This document shows positions 29,024 to 39,031 of a stretch of 64,000 nucleotides of DNA, piece after piece. The translations under genes were made by a program, and so were the position numbers. A model generated the notes under the pieces. The model did not search any database, was not told the DNA's origin, and saw nothing but the letters and a program-made list of their open reading frames with translations. Origin of the DNA: an uncultured bacterium (GTDB taxonomy: Bacteria; Fidelibacterota; UBA2242; JAFGTP01). The stretch lies in NCBI GenBank assembly GCA_964472715.1, contig CAYYMT010000001.1:13321-77320 (forward strand), given 5' to 3'. Numbering within the stretch: the first letter of the stretch is position 1; each line of letters opens with the position of its first letter.

Positions 29024-30044
29024 AACCAACCGGATTCCCATCAGGATCATAAAAAATCGGTTTCCCCTTCTTTTCACCGGAATCATAAAAATGTTTGGAC
29101 ATGATATCACCGGATTTATAATAGGACATTTGCGGGCCGTGCTTTTGATCCTTGCGGTAGCGTTTTTCAGTTTTTATGGTACCGTCTTCGTAAAACTCTT
29201 TTGCCACACCTTCTTTTTTATCCATCTCGAAGTCGACTTCAGATTTTATTGTACCGTCGGGAAAATATTCAATTGTCTTACCGTGAATGAGATTATCCCG
29301 GTATTCGGTTTCCTTAATTAAATTTTCCTTTTCATCATATTCTTTGGTTTTGCCGTATTTGCGGCCGTCTTTGAAGTTTTCCTCACGAATTTTATTACCG
29401 CTCTTACCATCATAAAAAACCGACAGTCCGTGAGGGACGCCATTGCGAAAATTTTCTTCCGATACCAGATTGCCTGTATCTTTGTCATACGTTTTTGAAG
29501 TACCGTGAAGATGGGCGCCTTTATAGCTTTTTTCCCTTTTCACACCATTAACATCGGTTTCAATATTCATTCCGTCAATATCACCTTGCCGGTAAGTGGC
29601 GGATTTTCGTATTTTACCGTTGACACCGTAGGTTTTGACTTCACCCCAGATTTTACCCTTTTTGTAGGGAGTTTCCTGAAATAATGTGCCGTCCTGCCGG
29701 TATTCACGGAGCATGAGCAGGTTTCGAATACGGAATTGTGATGAAAAGGGAGAAGTGGCCAGATACTTTTTTTCAACCCGATAGAAATTGACCTCCCCCA
29801 TCAGGCGAAATTGTTCCAGCGAAGATTTTGTGATCACAAAGGGATTGTTTTTTTTTGTCGCATTAAAGATCATTATAGTTACCAAACTCGCTATTCCCAC
29901 TAACACCAGAAAAAGTTTAAAATCATCCAGAAACAGCCAGGCCCCAAAAGCAAAAAGAACTGTAAAAATAAAAAACAGGATTGTAATTTTTTGGATCGCA
30001 TTAAATCTCTGAAAAGATTCTTTTATATTTACTTTCTTTTTCAT
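29022..30044 (-). CDS. Membrane-anchored MORN-variant / YwqK-family repeat protein
   Basis: N-terminal TM segment, then ~9 tandem ~23-aa repeats of the pattern G.....Y..G....E..Y.DG (for example GKTIEYFPDGTIKSEVDFEMDKKEG and AKEFYEDGTIKTEKRYRKDQKHG). Confidence 0.6.
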   Translation of the reverse strand: MKKKVNIKESFQRFNAIQKITILFFIFTVLFAFGAWLFLDDFKLFLVLVGIASLVTIMIFNATKKNNPFVITKSSLEQFRLMGEVNFYRVEKKYLATSPFSSQFRIRNLLMLREYRQDGTLFQETPYKKGKIWGEVKTYGVNGKIRKSATYRQGDIDGMNIETDVNGVKREKSYKGAHLHGTSKTYDKDTGNLVSEENFRNGVPHGLSVFYDGKSGNKIREENFKDGRKYGKTKEYDEKENLIKETEYRDNLIHGKTIEYFPDGTIKSEVDFEMDKKEGVAKEFYEDGTIKTEKRYRKDQKHGPQMSYYKSGDIMSKHFYDSGEKKGKPIFYDPDGNPVG

Positions 30045-30046
30045 TT

Positions 30047-31423
30047 TTACTTTTCCTTTAAATTCTGCTGAAAGGCAATCAGCAATTGCTCAGCTTCTTC
30101 ACGGCGACCTGTTTTTGCCAGTAAACCCACCAGTTTTTTCAGAGCCTCCTGATCATTATTATCCAAAGTCAGAATTAAATCAAACACAAAAATCGCTTCG
30201 CTGTATTTATGATTTTTAATCAGCAGCGTACCGACAATAGTCAGGTATTTTATATCCTTGACAGTAAAATGTGGCTTTAATTTTTCCAGATGTTGAAAAG
30301 CCTGGTCAAAAGACTGCTTATCCATATAGTAATTTAACAGTGTTTGATGAGCAAAGATATTGTTTTTGTTTAATTTCAATATTTCTTTACAAGTGGCGAC
30401 ACAATCTTTGACATCTTTGGTTTTTAAGTCAATTTTAGCGATTTCCTGCAGTATTTTTTCATCCTCAATGATAACATCTGTTGAGCCCCGTTTCCCTGAT
30501 TTTCGCAGTAATTGATTTTTATTCAGCAGATATTTCAGCCATTTTCCGGCCTCCACCCGGTTTCCCTGTTCAAGCGCGATTTTATAGAGCAGATAGTAGG
30601 CGCCGGTCTGGTCCTTTTCCAATTTTAAGGACTGGTTGATCTTTTCTACGGCGGCCTTATATTCTGCCGTTTTCATGAGTACTTCCGCATAAGTGACCAG
30701 CAGGGATGCGGTCATTTGCTTGTTCAATTGTTTCAGTTCCAGGGCTTTTTGGAAATTTTTTGCCGCGGCTTCATAGTCATTGCTCATGGCGTAATTCTGC
30801 GCCAATGTGTAGTAACCATAGGCATAATCCGGTTCTTCATGCACCATCTGCTTCAGTAATTCCAGGTTTCTGGCATTTTTTTTCTGCTGAACTGTTTCAT
30901 CCAGATTATAGCCGTAATGCAATATTTCAATATTGGTGGTAAATTCTCTGCCGCCAAGTTTTTTTAAACCGGTAGAAATCTGTTCATGAATCCGGCCCTT
31001 GAATTCAATGCCAAAGTGATTGGCAAACAACCGGTGGGCATCGGAAATATAAAAATAATCCCCTTTTTGAAAATTCTTAATATTGACCTTGTAAATTTCC
31101 GGCCGGGAGGGCTTATTATTAATAATTGATAAGAGTTCATTTTTCGAATCAGAATCCAGCCGTTCATCGGCATCCAGCCAGAGAATCCAGGTGCCGCCGG
31201 CATATTTGATGGATTCATTACGGGCGGCGGAGAAATTCCCATTCCATTTAAAATGGTGCACATCAGCGCCATATTTCTCGGCAATGTCAATTGTCTTATC
31301 TGTTGAGCCGGTGTCAATAATGATCATTTCATCCACGATACCGGCCACGCTTTCCAGACAGCCGGACAGCATTTTTTCTTCATTTTTTACAATCATGCAG
31401 AGGGATAATTTTTTATTGGTCAT
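30047..31423 (-). CDS. Family-2 glycosyltransferase with C-terminal TPR repeats
   Basis: The N-terminal GT-A fold is LSLCMIVKNEEKMLSGCLESV...IIIDTGSTDKT...WILWLDADE, with a DxD-like DADE. The C-terminal half is TPR-like helical repeats. Confidence 0.75.
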   Translation of the reverse strand: MTNKKLSLCMIVKNEEKMLSGCLESVAGIVDEMIIIDTGSTDKTIDIAEKYGADVHHFKWNGNFSAARNESIKYAGGTWILWLDADERLDSDSKNELLSIINNKPSRPEIYKVNIKNFQKGDYFYISDAHRLFANHFGIEFKGRIHEQISTGLKKLGGREFTTNIEILHYGYNLDETVQQKKNARNLELLKQMVHEEPDYAYGYYTLAQNYAMSNDYEAAAKNFQKALELKQLNKQMTASLLVTYAEVLMKTAEYKAAVEKINQSLKLEKDQTGAYYLLYKIALEQGNRVEAGKWLKYLLNKNQLLRKSGKRGSTDVIIEDEKILQEIAKIDLKTKDVKDCVATCKEILKLNKNNIFAHQTLLNYYMDKQSFDQAFQHLEKLKPHFTVKDIKYLTIVGTLLIKNHKYSEAIFVFDLILTLDNNDQEALKKLVGLLAKTGRREEAEQLLIAFQQNLKEK

Positions 31424-34400
31424 TCATGTCCTTTGTTTTGATGGTTTTCCAGCTGACTTTTCAATTGCAATGCCAGCTCATTTTGCGGGTCACCTTCCAA
31501 TATGCGGGAAATGTACTTTCCGGCCTCATCAACCCGGCCGGTTTCCAGGCTGAATTGGGCCATTCGCGATAATGCTGTTATATCGGCGGGATGCCGCTTA
31601 ATCACCTCGATAAATTCTTTGATTCCCTCCTCATATTGTTCAGTGAGGATATAGACCTCAGCCAGGTTGCGGCGCGGGTCAAGGGAATCTTCATTGTATG
31701 CCAGTGATTTTTTCAGATTATCGATGGCTTTGTCAGGTTCTCCCAATTCAAAATAAATTATCCCGATTAAATTCAGTACGAAGGAATTGTCACCATAAAT
31801 TTTTTCTAAATGCGGTAAATATTTCCGTAATGTTTTCTCATCCTGCATATTTTTAGCACACAAAACCCATCCTAATAAGCGGTTGCTCAGAGAACTTTTC
31901 TCATATTCCCATTGGTATTGTCTGGCCAGATCTGCCAGGTTATTTTGCCCGGCTGCCTCATTCACCTCATTGATAATCTTGAATATATCCTTTTGAAAAC
32001 GGATGATCGGTTTGGAGGCCAGTTTCTGAATTCGGTTTTGAGTTAGAAAAGTAACCACATTCCAATCCCAGTTCTTTTTCACGTAATCAGCAGCATATCG
32101 TCCCATTTTGGTCATAATATCCGGATTACGCCAGGCAAATTGCATTTTTTGCGCAAGATCGATTTTATCGGCTTCCCAAAACCAGGCTTTTTCCACTAGT
32201 TTCTCATTAGAAACTTTATCAAAATTTTGCACTCTCTTTTCCGCTTTGACCAAAAGTGATGTCCGCTTATTGCAAAAATCCAGGGCGGCACCGCCATTGG
32301 TAATAATTGTGGGAATGCCACAGGCCATGGCTTCCAGGATCGGCAACCCAAACCCTTCACCACGGTACGGATGAACCAGAACGTCACAGGCGGTGTAAAG
32401 CCCGACCAGTTCTTCATCACTTAGTGTGTCGTCAATATACTCAATTTCAGGATTATTTTTCCCATGAATCATGGTAGCGATTTTTTCCTTAAAATTTTGA
32501 TTTTTATAAAAAGACTCCCCGCCGAAATCCTTGATAACCAGACAAACTTCATCAGTTCGGGAAAAAGTATTAATATAAGATTCCAGCAAAATATCAATGC
32601 CCTTGCGGTAAATTGTGCCGCCAATAAACAGGAATTTGAATTTTTTACTGGTCTGGAGTTTATATGGCATTGCCTCAGGATTAAACCTCTCAGTATCCAC
32701 CCCATTGGGAACAACGAAAACTCTTTCTCTGTCGATCCCACTGTCCAGATAGACCTGTTTGACGTAGGTGGATGGTACCCACATTTCATCAACCTGATCG
32801 TTGAATGCATTTACCCATTTCTCCGGTAAAAAGCCAAATTCCCAGGGCTGAATAACCACCCAGTGTCCGGTTTTAGGCGGTTTCAGCTTGGGCGGCCACT
32901 GGTGGCGGACATGTATATCAGCGACACCAATCTGTTTATTTTCCAGTTTTTTAAGTTGCTTCCATTTACCTTCCGGCTGAAATTGATCTTTTTTATAGGG
33001 AAATAGTGACAGATTATAACCCGTTTGTGCCAGACGCAATGATTGTTCACGGTTTACCAAAGCCAGGGAATGATAGGCGAATTGATCTCCCTCCCAGACA
33101 ACTTTAATTTCTCCGGCCGGTTGATCATAAGGATTAATGGGTATATTTTTTATGGAATTGATTTTGCCTGCCAGTTCCTGATTGACCGAAGGTTTTTTTA
33201 AAATATGAGTTCCAAGGTACAGGGCTTCACCCTTCCGGTTGGTGAACCAGTAAATTTCCATCAATTTTTCCAATGCTTCCAAATCTTCAGGATGATGCAA
33301 TAAATAGATTTCCAATAAGTTTCCGGACTCTTCAAACTCTTGTTGATAGAAGAGAGAAATTCCCAATATTTTATTTAATTGATAGTCAAAGGGATCCAGT
33401 AAAAGCGCCTGGCGAAATAATTTTTCACTTTGGTCATAAATTTTATTATAGAGGCATATCTCTCCCAGTTTTTTGGCCACAAAATAATTATTGGATTTAT
33501 CCATCCGGAGATAGTGCAATGACCGCATAATGCCATTAACATCACCTTTTTCATGATAGATATTGGCCAGTTCTTTATTGGCAACAGGATGAAAAGGATT
33601 AATTTCTAATATTTTCTGAAAATGTACAGGTTTACGGGTGGCTTGCCCTTTTTTGAGCAAGGATTTTATTTCTGTTATATTTTCAGCCATATTTTTCAGG
33701 TAATTTGAATAGTTTTGCAAATCCTTTTTTCTGCGCCGCGCTTCCTCATCATCATTACTCAGTATATCGGCATAAATCCAGCGAAAAATTTGAATTTCCT
33801 CATCTTTGCCCTGTACACGGTAGTAATTTTCATTTAAAAATGTCTGAAAACGAACAAACCCCCTGGTTTCAGCAATAACGACAATATATTTCGGCGGCCG
33901 GCTTTCCAGACTTTGCATAATATTTTCTTCTTCCCTGAAGGGAGCCGGTACATATCCGGTAACACTTGGATGGGGACAAAACAGAGTGTTTGTCGGAGAG
34001 GGCCGTTCCGCCCAGAGAAAAATTTCATATTGCGCGCCCCAGACATAAATCTCATCTTCCCTTGTTGTTACTTCCTGTAAGGATTTGCCAATTTTTTCGC
34101 CCAGTGTGAAAAAGAGCCATTCATTGGGATGATTGATGTACATTAATCCGCGCTGAACCTTTTCCCGTTTAAAAATCCCCCTGATTTCCTTGCTGGTCAG
34201 CAACAGGCTCAAAATAACAATTACCAACACAATTGGAATTGATAAGATAAAAAACTTATTCCAGACAGCATAAATCCCCAGCGCCGATAAAATAGCCATA
34301 GGGGCCGCCACAGGCAGCAAATGATATGGCATGATGTGCTTGTTCAGGTAAACGGCTATTAATGCAAAAATCAGCCAACTACCAATTATAATTACAAAGG

Positions 34401-35319
34401 TATATGCAGAAAAATTTCCAAGAAATATCAGCGGAATGAATATTGTAAAAACCAGTGTCTGGCGAAAAAATTTACCATATATATCACGGGCAAATTGTTT
34501 TTGTTGTGACTGAAACCCCTGATTTTCCTTATCAATATAAACACGACGTTCCTTATCAACCTTTATTTCCCGATCTTTTCTGCCTGCGAAATTTTTCCGC
34601 CCATAAAAAATATTGTCTAAATGCATTAAAAAGGCTTTCGGTGTGAGGGAAAATATATCGAGAAAATGAGGGAACATTCTTTTTTTGTAAAAATAGAATC
34701 CCGTTAAAAACAACCCCGGTATAGCCCCCGCAAAAAACAGCAAATAATTATTCCAGGTAAACTCAATCAGAGCAATCGCGATAAGTACCGGCGGAAAGGT
34801 GTTAATATATGCCGATTGTTTGAAAAATAACGCCATAAAACTCATCAGACCGGCCAGAACGAAAACCCAGTTGCCATTCACAGGGCTGATACAAACCAGG
34901 GCAATGGCTAAAGCAGTGAAAGCGCTTTGTTCAATTTCATCACTGGATTGCACCCACACAAAGGTGGGCAGGGAAACCAGAATACCATAGAGCAAGGTCG
35001 CCACAAAGGCAAAATTAACCGGTAAAAACGCAGATGAAATAATAAAAACGGCAATTTGTGTTATCAACATGAAAAAAATTGCGCTATAGCGAAACAGAGA
35101 CCTTGAAACAGCAAAAAAATTTAATAAAAAGGCATACAGCAGCCAGCGCCCTGGCGGATGATTTTCCTGTGTATCTCTCACCGGCATTCTTTGTTTACGT
35201 AGCCAAAAAAGTCCGTGGTATCCATAAATACCAAAATCAGCATCCAGGGGCACTTGCAGATAAGGTATCTTTATCAAAATTGTAAAAATACATATCAGTG
35301 ATAAATATAAAATAACCAT
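31420..35319 (-). CDS. Giant multi-domain glycosylation protein: polytopic GT-C-like membrane region (PMT/ArnT-like), TPR block, GT4 glycosyltransferase domain, and C-terminal TPR block
   Basis: 1299 aa. At least 10 TM helices at the N-terminus, with a first-loop LDADFGIYGYHG acidic motif. TPR repeats around aa 560-700. GT4 motifs KFKFLFIGGTIYRKGID and HPYRGEGFGLPILEAMACGIPTI (EX7E). TPR repeats again at aa ~1130-1290. Confidence 0.7.
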   Translation of the reverse strand: MVILYLSLICIFTILIKIPYLQVPLDADFGIYGYHGLFWLRKQRMPVRDTQENHPPGRWLLYAFLLNFFAVSRSLFRYSAIFFMLITQIAVFIISSAFLPVNFAFVATLLYGILVSLPTFVWVQSSDEIEQSAFTALAIALVCISPVNGNWVFVLAGLMSFMALFFKQSAYINTFPPVLIAIALIEFTWNNYLLFFAGAIPGLFLTGFYFYKKRMFPHFLDIFSLTPKAFLMHLDNIFYGRKNFAGRKDREIKVDKERRVYIDKENQGFQSQQKQFARDIYGKFFRQTLVFTIFIPLIFLGNFSAYTFVIIIGSWLIFALIAVYLNKHIMPYHLLPVAAPMAILSALGIYAVWNKFFILSIPIVLVIVILSLLLTSKEIRGIFKREKVQRGLMYINHPNEWLFFTLGEKIGKSLQEVTTREDEIYVWGAQYEIFLWAERPSPTNTLFCPHPSVTGYVPAPFREEENIMQSLESRPPKYIVVIAETRGFVRFQTFLNENYYRVQGKDEEIQIFRWIYADILSNDDEEARRRKKDLQNYSNYLKNMAENITEIKSLLKKGQATRKPVHFQKILEINPFHPVANKELANIYHEKGDVNGIMRSLHYLRMDKSNNYFVAKKLGEICLYNKIYDQSEKLFRQALLLDPFDYQLNKILGISLFYQQEFEESGNLLEIYLLHHPEDLEALEKLMEIYWFTNRKGEALYLGTHILKKPSVNQELAGKINSIKNIPINPYDQPAGEIKVVWEGDQFAYHSLALVNREQSLRLAQTGYNLSLFPYKKDQFQPEGKWKQLKKLENKQIGVADIHVRHQWPPKLKPPKTGHWVVIQPWEFGFLPEKWVNAFNDQVDEMWVPSTYVKQVYLDSGIDRERVFVVPNGVDTERFNPEAMPYKLQTSKKFKFLFIGGTIYRKGIDILLESYINTFSRTDEVCLVIKDFGGESFYKNQNFKEKIATMIHGKNNPEIEYIDDTLSDEELVGLYTACDVLVHPYRGEGFGLPILEAMACGIPTIITNGGAALDFCNKRTSLLVKAEKRVQNFDKVSNEKLVEKAWFWEADKIDLAQKMQFAWRNPDIMTKMGRYAADYVKKNWDWNVVTFLTQNRIQKLASKPIIRFQKDIFKIINEVNEAAGQNNLADLARQYQWEYEKSSLSNRLLGWVLCAKNMQDEKTLRKYLPHLEKIYGDNSFVLNLIGIIYFELGEPDKAIDNLKKSLAYNEDSLDPRRNLAEVYILTEQYEEGIKEFIEVIKRHPADITALSRMAQFSLETGRVDEAGKYISRILEGDPQNELALQLKSQLENHQNKGHE

Positions 35320-35579
35320 AACTTGCTCCCTTGAATTCTGTTTTTTATTGTTTTATCCATAATCAGCCAATATTCCAGTTACAGATTCAGCCTTCTTGCT
35401 GAAAACTTACTTTTTTAAACCCTTAGTTCGAACCATATTGGGACCGGTTTCCGGATAAAACGGAACTGCAAAAATCAATATTTTCTTTCGTTTTGTTTTC
35501 ATATCAGATTTCACTGCTGTAACAACACATACTAATTAGTGTGTACTCTAAACATAAATTATACATTATAAAGCATGTA

Positions 35580-35831
35580 TTAAGCCGACTTGTAAGTATC
35601 ATAAATTCCTTTCCAGCCGGCGGGTGTCAAAAATTTGAAATGGTAATCATCGTCTGAACAATTGGCTTTAATCGTTATTGAACCGGGGCTGTTTTGGGTT
35701 AACGGATATGTTTCAATTTCCGGAATCAATCCTGAATTATTAAATTCTGAATAGAATTCAGGGGGATGAAAAGGATCATCAGGATATTGACATTGTGGCA
35801 ACTTTGCTATAAATACATCAGGTTTTGTCAT
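35580..35831 (-). CDS. Hypothetical small protein (83 aa), probably translationally coupled to the upstream adenylating enzyme
   Basis: The ORF overlaps the preceding gene's stop by 14 nt. No recognisable motif. Pro, Asp and aromatic-rich. Confidence 0.3.
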   Translation of the reverse strand: MTKPDVFIAKLPQCQYPDDPFHPPEFYSEFNNSGLIPEIETYPLTQNSPGSITIKANCSDDDYHFKFLTPAGWKGIYDTYKSA

Positions 35832-37158
35832 TTTTCACCTTTGAAAATACAAATTGGTATTTCCCCGATTTAAGTTTGGGTAGGGACTCGATAATGTTGA
35901 ATTTTATTTCACATGGCTCTCCCATAATATAATTAATTTTATTTTTTACTTTATCTAAATTATTATCACTTACTTCACTTTTTTGGGCTTCCAGATTAAT
36001 GGTGAATTTTTGATAATCCTCCTGAATCAGTTGAAATTTTTTCACAGACCTCATGAAATAGAACAAATGGGTAAACAGTTCACCATGAATAATATTGCCG
36101 TCCTTGCGAATAATGTGGGCGTTTTCACGGCCGTTTAATCCGGATAAGGAGCGAACGGCAGTACCGTCTATAGTATGACTTTCGCCAATATCGCCGGTAT
36201 CGAATTTTATCAGCGGCATGGCATAATTATTCAGCTGCGTTATAATGACATTGCCAACGCCCGCGTTCCTGATATATTGCCGGGAATTTTTGTTAAATAA
36301 CTCCAGATAAACGGAATGGCTGAATATATCGATATCCTCAGTTCCGATTCCAATAATACCAACTTCCTTTGAACCATATTGGTTAGCAATAATGGATTCC
36401 GGAAAAGCCGCCTTGATTTCCTCTTTTAACTCCGAATACATGGTTCCGGCGGTACAAACAATAACGTGGGGCTGAAAAACCTTCAGATTGGGATTACGAT
36501 TTTTATATTTGGCGATTTCAAAGATCGAATCCACATAAGTCCAGATCATTTTGGGGCGCACCGCATTGATTACCTCAATATAGTTTTCAATCAGGCGATG
36601 ATTGAGTTTGAAACTATTAAGCAAAATCCGGTTAAAGAAGTAATTTTTTAATTTACCGGAAAAGGATTTCTTTTCGTTGAAAATATCCTTTTCCGACCCC
36701 CATAGTTTGATCTCCTGCTCGCCGGGATGTTTATCATATAATTCGCCAAAATACAAGGTGTCCGCTACCATGCGGTTATAATAGTCGCTATCTTGTATAA
36801 AAACCACCGGCTCACCCGTTGATCCGCAGGAATTATTTTTGTAAATTTTTCGGCGGTGATTGTCTTTTGAGCATATTTGCTCATAGTTTTCCCGAATAAT
36901 TTTCTTAGTCAGAAGGGGAATTTGATTAAATTTCTCCCAATTGATTTTATCGTCTTTAATCAGGCCGATTTCATTAAAAAGTCTGTGATAATAAGTAGTA
37001 TTATGATAAGCATGAAATATTAATTTTCGCAACCGGAATAATTGATAATTATAAACATTTTCCCTATTTACATAGAGTTTTCTGGTCTGACGTAAATATT
37101 TAAGCACATCGGGTTTATATAATCTCAGTAAAATTGGCGCTATTTTGGTCTTAATCAT
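35818..37158 (-). CDS. CapK / phenylacetate-CoA ligase (PaaK)-like adenylate-forming enzyme
   Basis: NSCGSTGEPVVFIQD resembles the PaaK/F390-synthetase P-loop (SSGTTGKP). The size and the C-terminal lysine region fit. The start is taken at MIKTK (37158) to avoid overlapping the asnB-like gene; the ORF track extends to 37227. Confidence 0.6.
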   Translation of the reverse strand: MIKTKIAPILLRLYKPDVLKYLRQTRKLYVNRENVYNYQLFRLRKLIFHAYHNTTYYHRLFNEIGLIKDDKINWEKFNQIPLLTKKIIRENYEQICSKDNHRRKIYKNNSCGSTGEPVVFIQDSDYYNRMVADTLYFGELYDKHPGEQEIKLWGSEKDIFNEKKSFSGKLKNYFFNRILLNSFKLNHRLIENYIEVINAVRPKMIWTYVDSIFEIAKYKNRNPNLKVFQPHVIVCTAGTMYSELKEEIKAAFPESIIANQYGSKEVGIIGIGTEDIDIFSHSVYLELFNKNSRQYIRNAGVGNVIITQLNNYAMPLIKFDTGDIGESHTIDGTAVRSLSGLNGRENAHIIRKDGNIIHGELFTHLFYFMRSVKKFQLIQEDYQKFTINLEAQKSEVSDNNLDKVKNKINYIMGEPCEIKFNIIESLPKLKSGKYQFVFSKVKNDKT

Positions 37159-39031
37159 AATATACATCCAGCCATTTTTGAAAGACATAAAGCGTCCACA
37201 ATAATTTCCGGTTATCCTTTTTTTCATTTAGATGATCCTGCATGAGACTGTCGATATAATCGTAATTAAAAATATTATAATGCTGAATATTTTGCCTGGA
37301 CAGCGTTTGCAGAAATTCTGATTTCAAATCTGATTTTATCCACTTGGTAACGGGAATGCCAAATCCTTTTTTGGGACGATTGATAATTTTTTCCGGAAGA
37401 TATTTTTTGGCCAGGCGTTTCAGTAAATATTTTGACGTCAGGCCGCGATATTTTAGCCGGGCCGGCACTTTCGCCATGAACTCCACCACTTCCTTGTCCA
37501 AAAACGGAACCCTAACCTCCAGGGAATTCATCATACTGGCGCGGTCAACCTTGACCAGCATATTATCCTGCAGATAAAAGCGCATGTCCAGCCACAAAGA
37601 CCGCTCCCAGTTATTTTCTGTCTGGCACCGTTTCATATGCTGCCTGATGATTTCTAATTTTTGAACCTTCTTACCCAGCACATTCAATAATTCAGGTGAT
37701 AGCAGATGTTTTTTTTGGTTAGTATCAAAGGAGCCGAGCCATATCTGATGGCGAATATCAGGATCATACTTCAGGCCTGCAACAAATTTCTTGGCTTTAA
37801 AATCAAAACTTATATTCTCGTCTGATGTTGGTAACAAATTCACCACCGGATTAAGCAGATAATGTGAAAATCGCGGCATAAAACCACCGATTTTCCGGGC
37901 TAAATAAGTTGGATATCCGGCAAATATTTCGTCACCCCCATCACCGCTCAGAGCAACAGTGACATTTTCCCTGGTGAGTTGCGACAGCAGATAAGTGGGC
38001 AAAATGGAATCGTCAGCAAAGGGTTCGTCCATATTGCGGACAATTTCCGGCAGGATGTCCATCATTTCACCAGGTGTAAAAATTTTTTCAAAGTGTTCCG
38101 TATCCAGATAGCCCGACATAAACCGGGCGTAACTGGTTTCATCAAAAGAATCTTCGGCAAATCCAATACTGAAGGTTTTCAGGTTATTTTTCATGCTTCT
38201 TGATAAGTAGGCCGCAATCAGGCTGGAATCAAGGCCACCGCTGAGGAAAGACCCCAACGGCACATCACTGACTTTGCGGCGCTCCACGGCCTTCCTGATC
38301 AGCCAATCCAGTTCCTGAACATAAAAATCAACATCACGGGAGCTATACTTTGGCTGAAATTCTAAAAAATAATATTGATGCCTGGTTAATTTATTCCTTG
38401 ATAATTCCAGATAATGGCCCTGTTCAAGCTTATGAATATTATTAAAGATCGATAAGGGAGCCGGTACCGATTCGAATGTCAGGTAATAATTCAGCGCTTC
38501 ATAGTTGAGTTCTTTTTTGAAAGCAGGAAAAGTGAGAATGGATTTTAGTTCCGAAGCAAAAATGAAATCGCCATCTTTATGGTAATAATATAACGGCTTG
38601 ATGCCAAAGCGGTCCCGGGCCAGGAAAAGTGAGTCCCGGTTGAGATCAAGAATAGCAAAAGCAAACATGCCGTTCAGTTTATCCAGGCAGTTCACCCCTT
38701 CTTCTTCATAAAGATGCAAAATGACTTCTGTATCGGATTGGGTTTTAAATTGATGACCCGCCGCCTGTAACCTTTTTCTCAGTTCCCGGAAATTATAGAT
38801 TTCGCCGTTAAAAACAATCGCCAGTGATCTGTCCTCATTAAAAATCGGCTGGTCTCCGGTGTTGATATCAATCACCCGCAACCTGCGCATGCCAATGGCA
38901 AAATCATCGATCACAAAATATCCGCTGTCATCCGGGCCGCGATAAGCGATTTTATCGCACATTTTTTCCAGTATATTGGATTTTTCCTGCTGTGAAAATT
39001 TTTTTGATATGAATCCGGCTATCCCACACAT
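37151..39031 (-). CDS. asnB: Asparagine synthetase (glutamine-hydrolysing) family amidotransferase (AsnB/PseA-like)
   Basis: N-terminal MCGIAG Ntn-Cys. PP-loop SGGLDSS in the synthetase domain. 626 aa. Confidence 0.85.
   Translation of the reverse strand: MCGIAGFISKKFSQQEKSNILEKMCDKIAYRGPDDSGYFVIDDFAIGMRRLRVIDINTGDQPIFNEDRSLAIVFNGEIYNFRELRKRLQAAGHQFKTQSDTEVILHLYEEEGVNCLDKLNGMFAFAILDLNRDSLFLARDRFGIKPLYYYHKDGDFIFASELKSILTFPAFKKELNYEALNYYLTFESVPAPLSIFNNIHKLEQGHYLELSRNKLTRHQYYFLEFQPKYSSRDVDFYVQELDWLIRKAVERRKVSDVPLGSFLSGGLDSSLIAAYLSRSMKNNLKTFSIGFAEDSFDETSYARFMSGYLDTEHFEKIFTPGEMMDILPEIVRNMDEPFADDSILPTYLLSQLTRENVTVALSGDGGDEIFAGYPTYLARKIGGFMPRFSHYLLNPVVNLLPTSDENISFDFKAKKFVAGLKYDPDIRHQIWLGSFDTNQKKHLLSPELLNVLGKKVQKLEIIRQHMKRCQTENNWERSLWLDMRFYLQDNMLVKVDRASMMNSLEVRVPFLDKEVVEFMAKVPARLKYRGLTSKYLLKRLAKKYLPEKIINRPKKGFGIPVTKWIKSDLKSEFLQTLSRQNIQHYNIFNYDYIDSLMQDHLNEKKDNRKLLWTLYVFQKWLDVYYD

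Noticed and set aside
35320-35579. An imperfect palindrome, acacatactaattagtgtgtact, upstream of the giant glycosylation gene.
   Set aside because: One arm mismatches. It is AT-rich and could be chance. I mention it only as a possible internal promoter or operator, not a supported feature.
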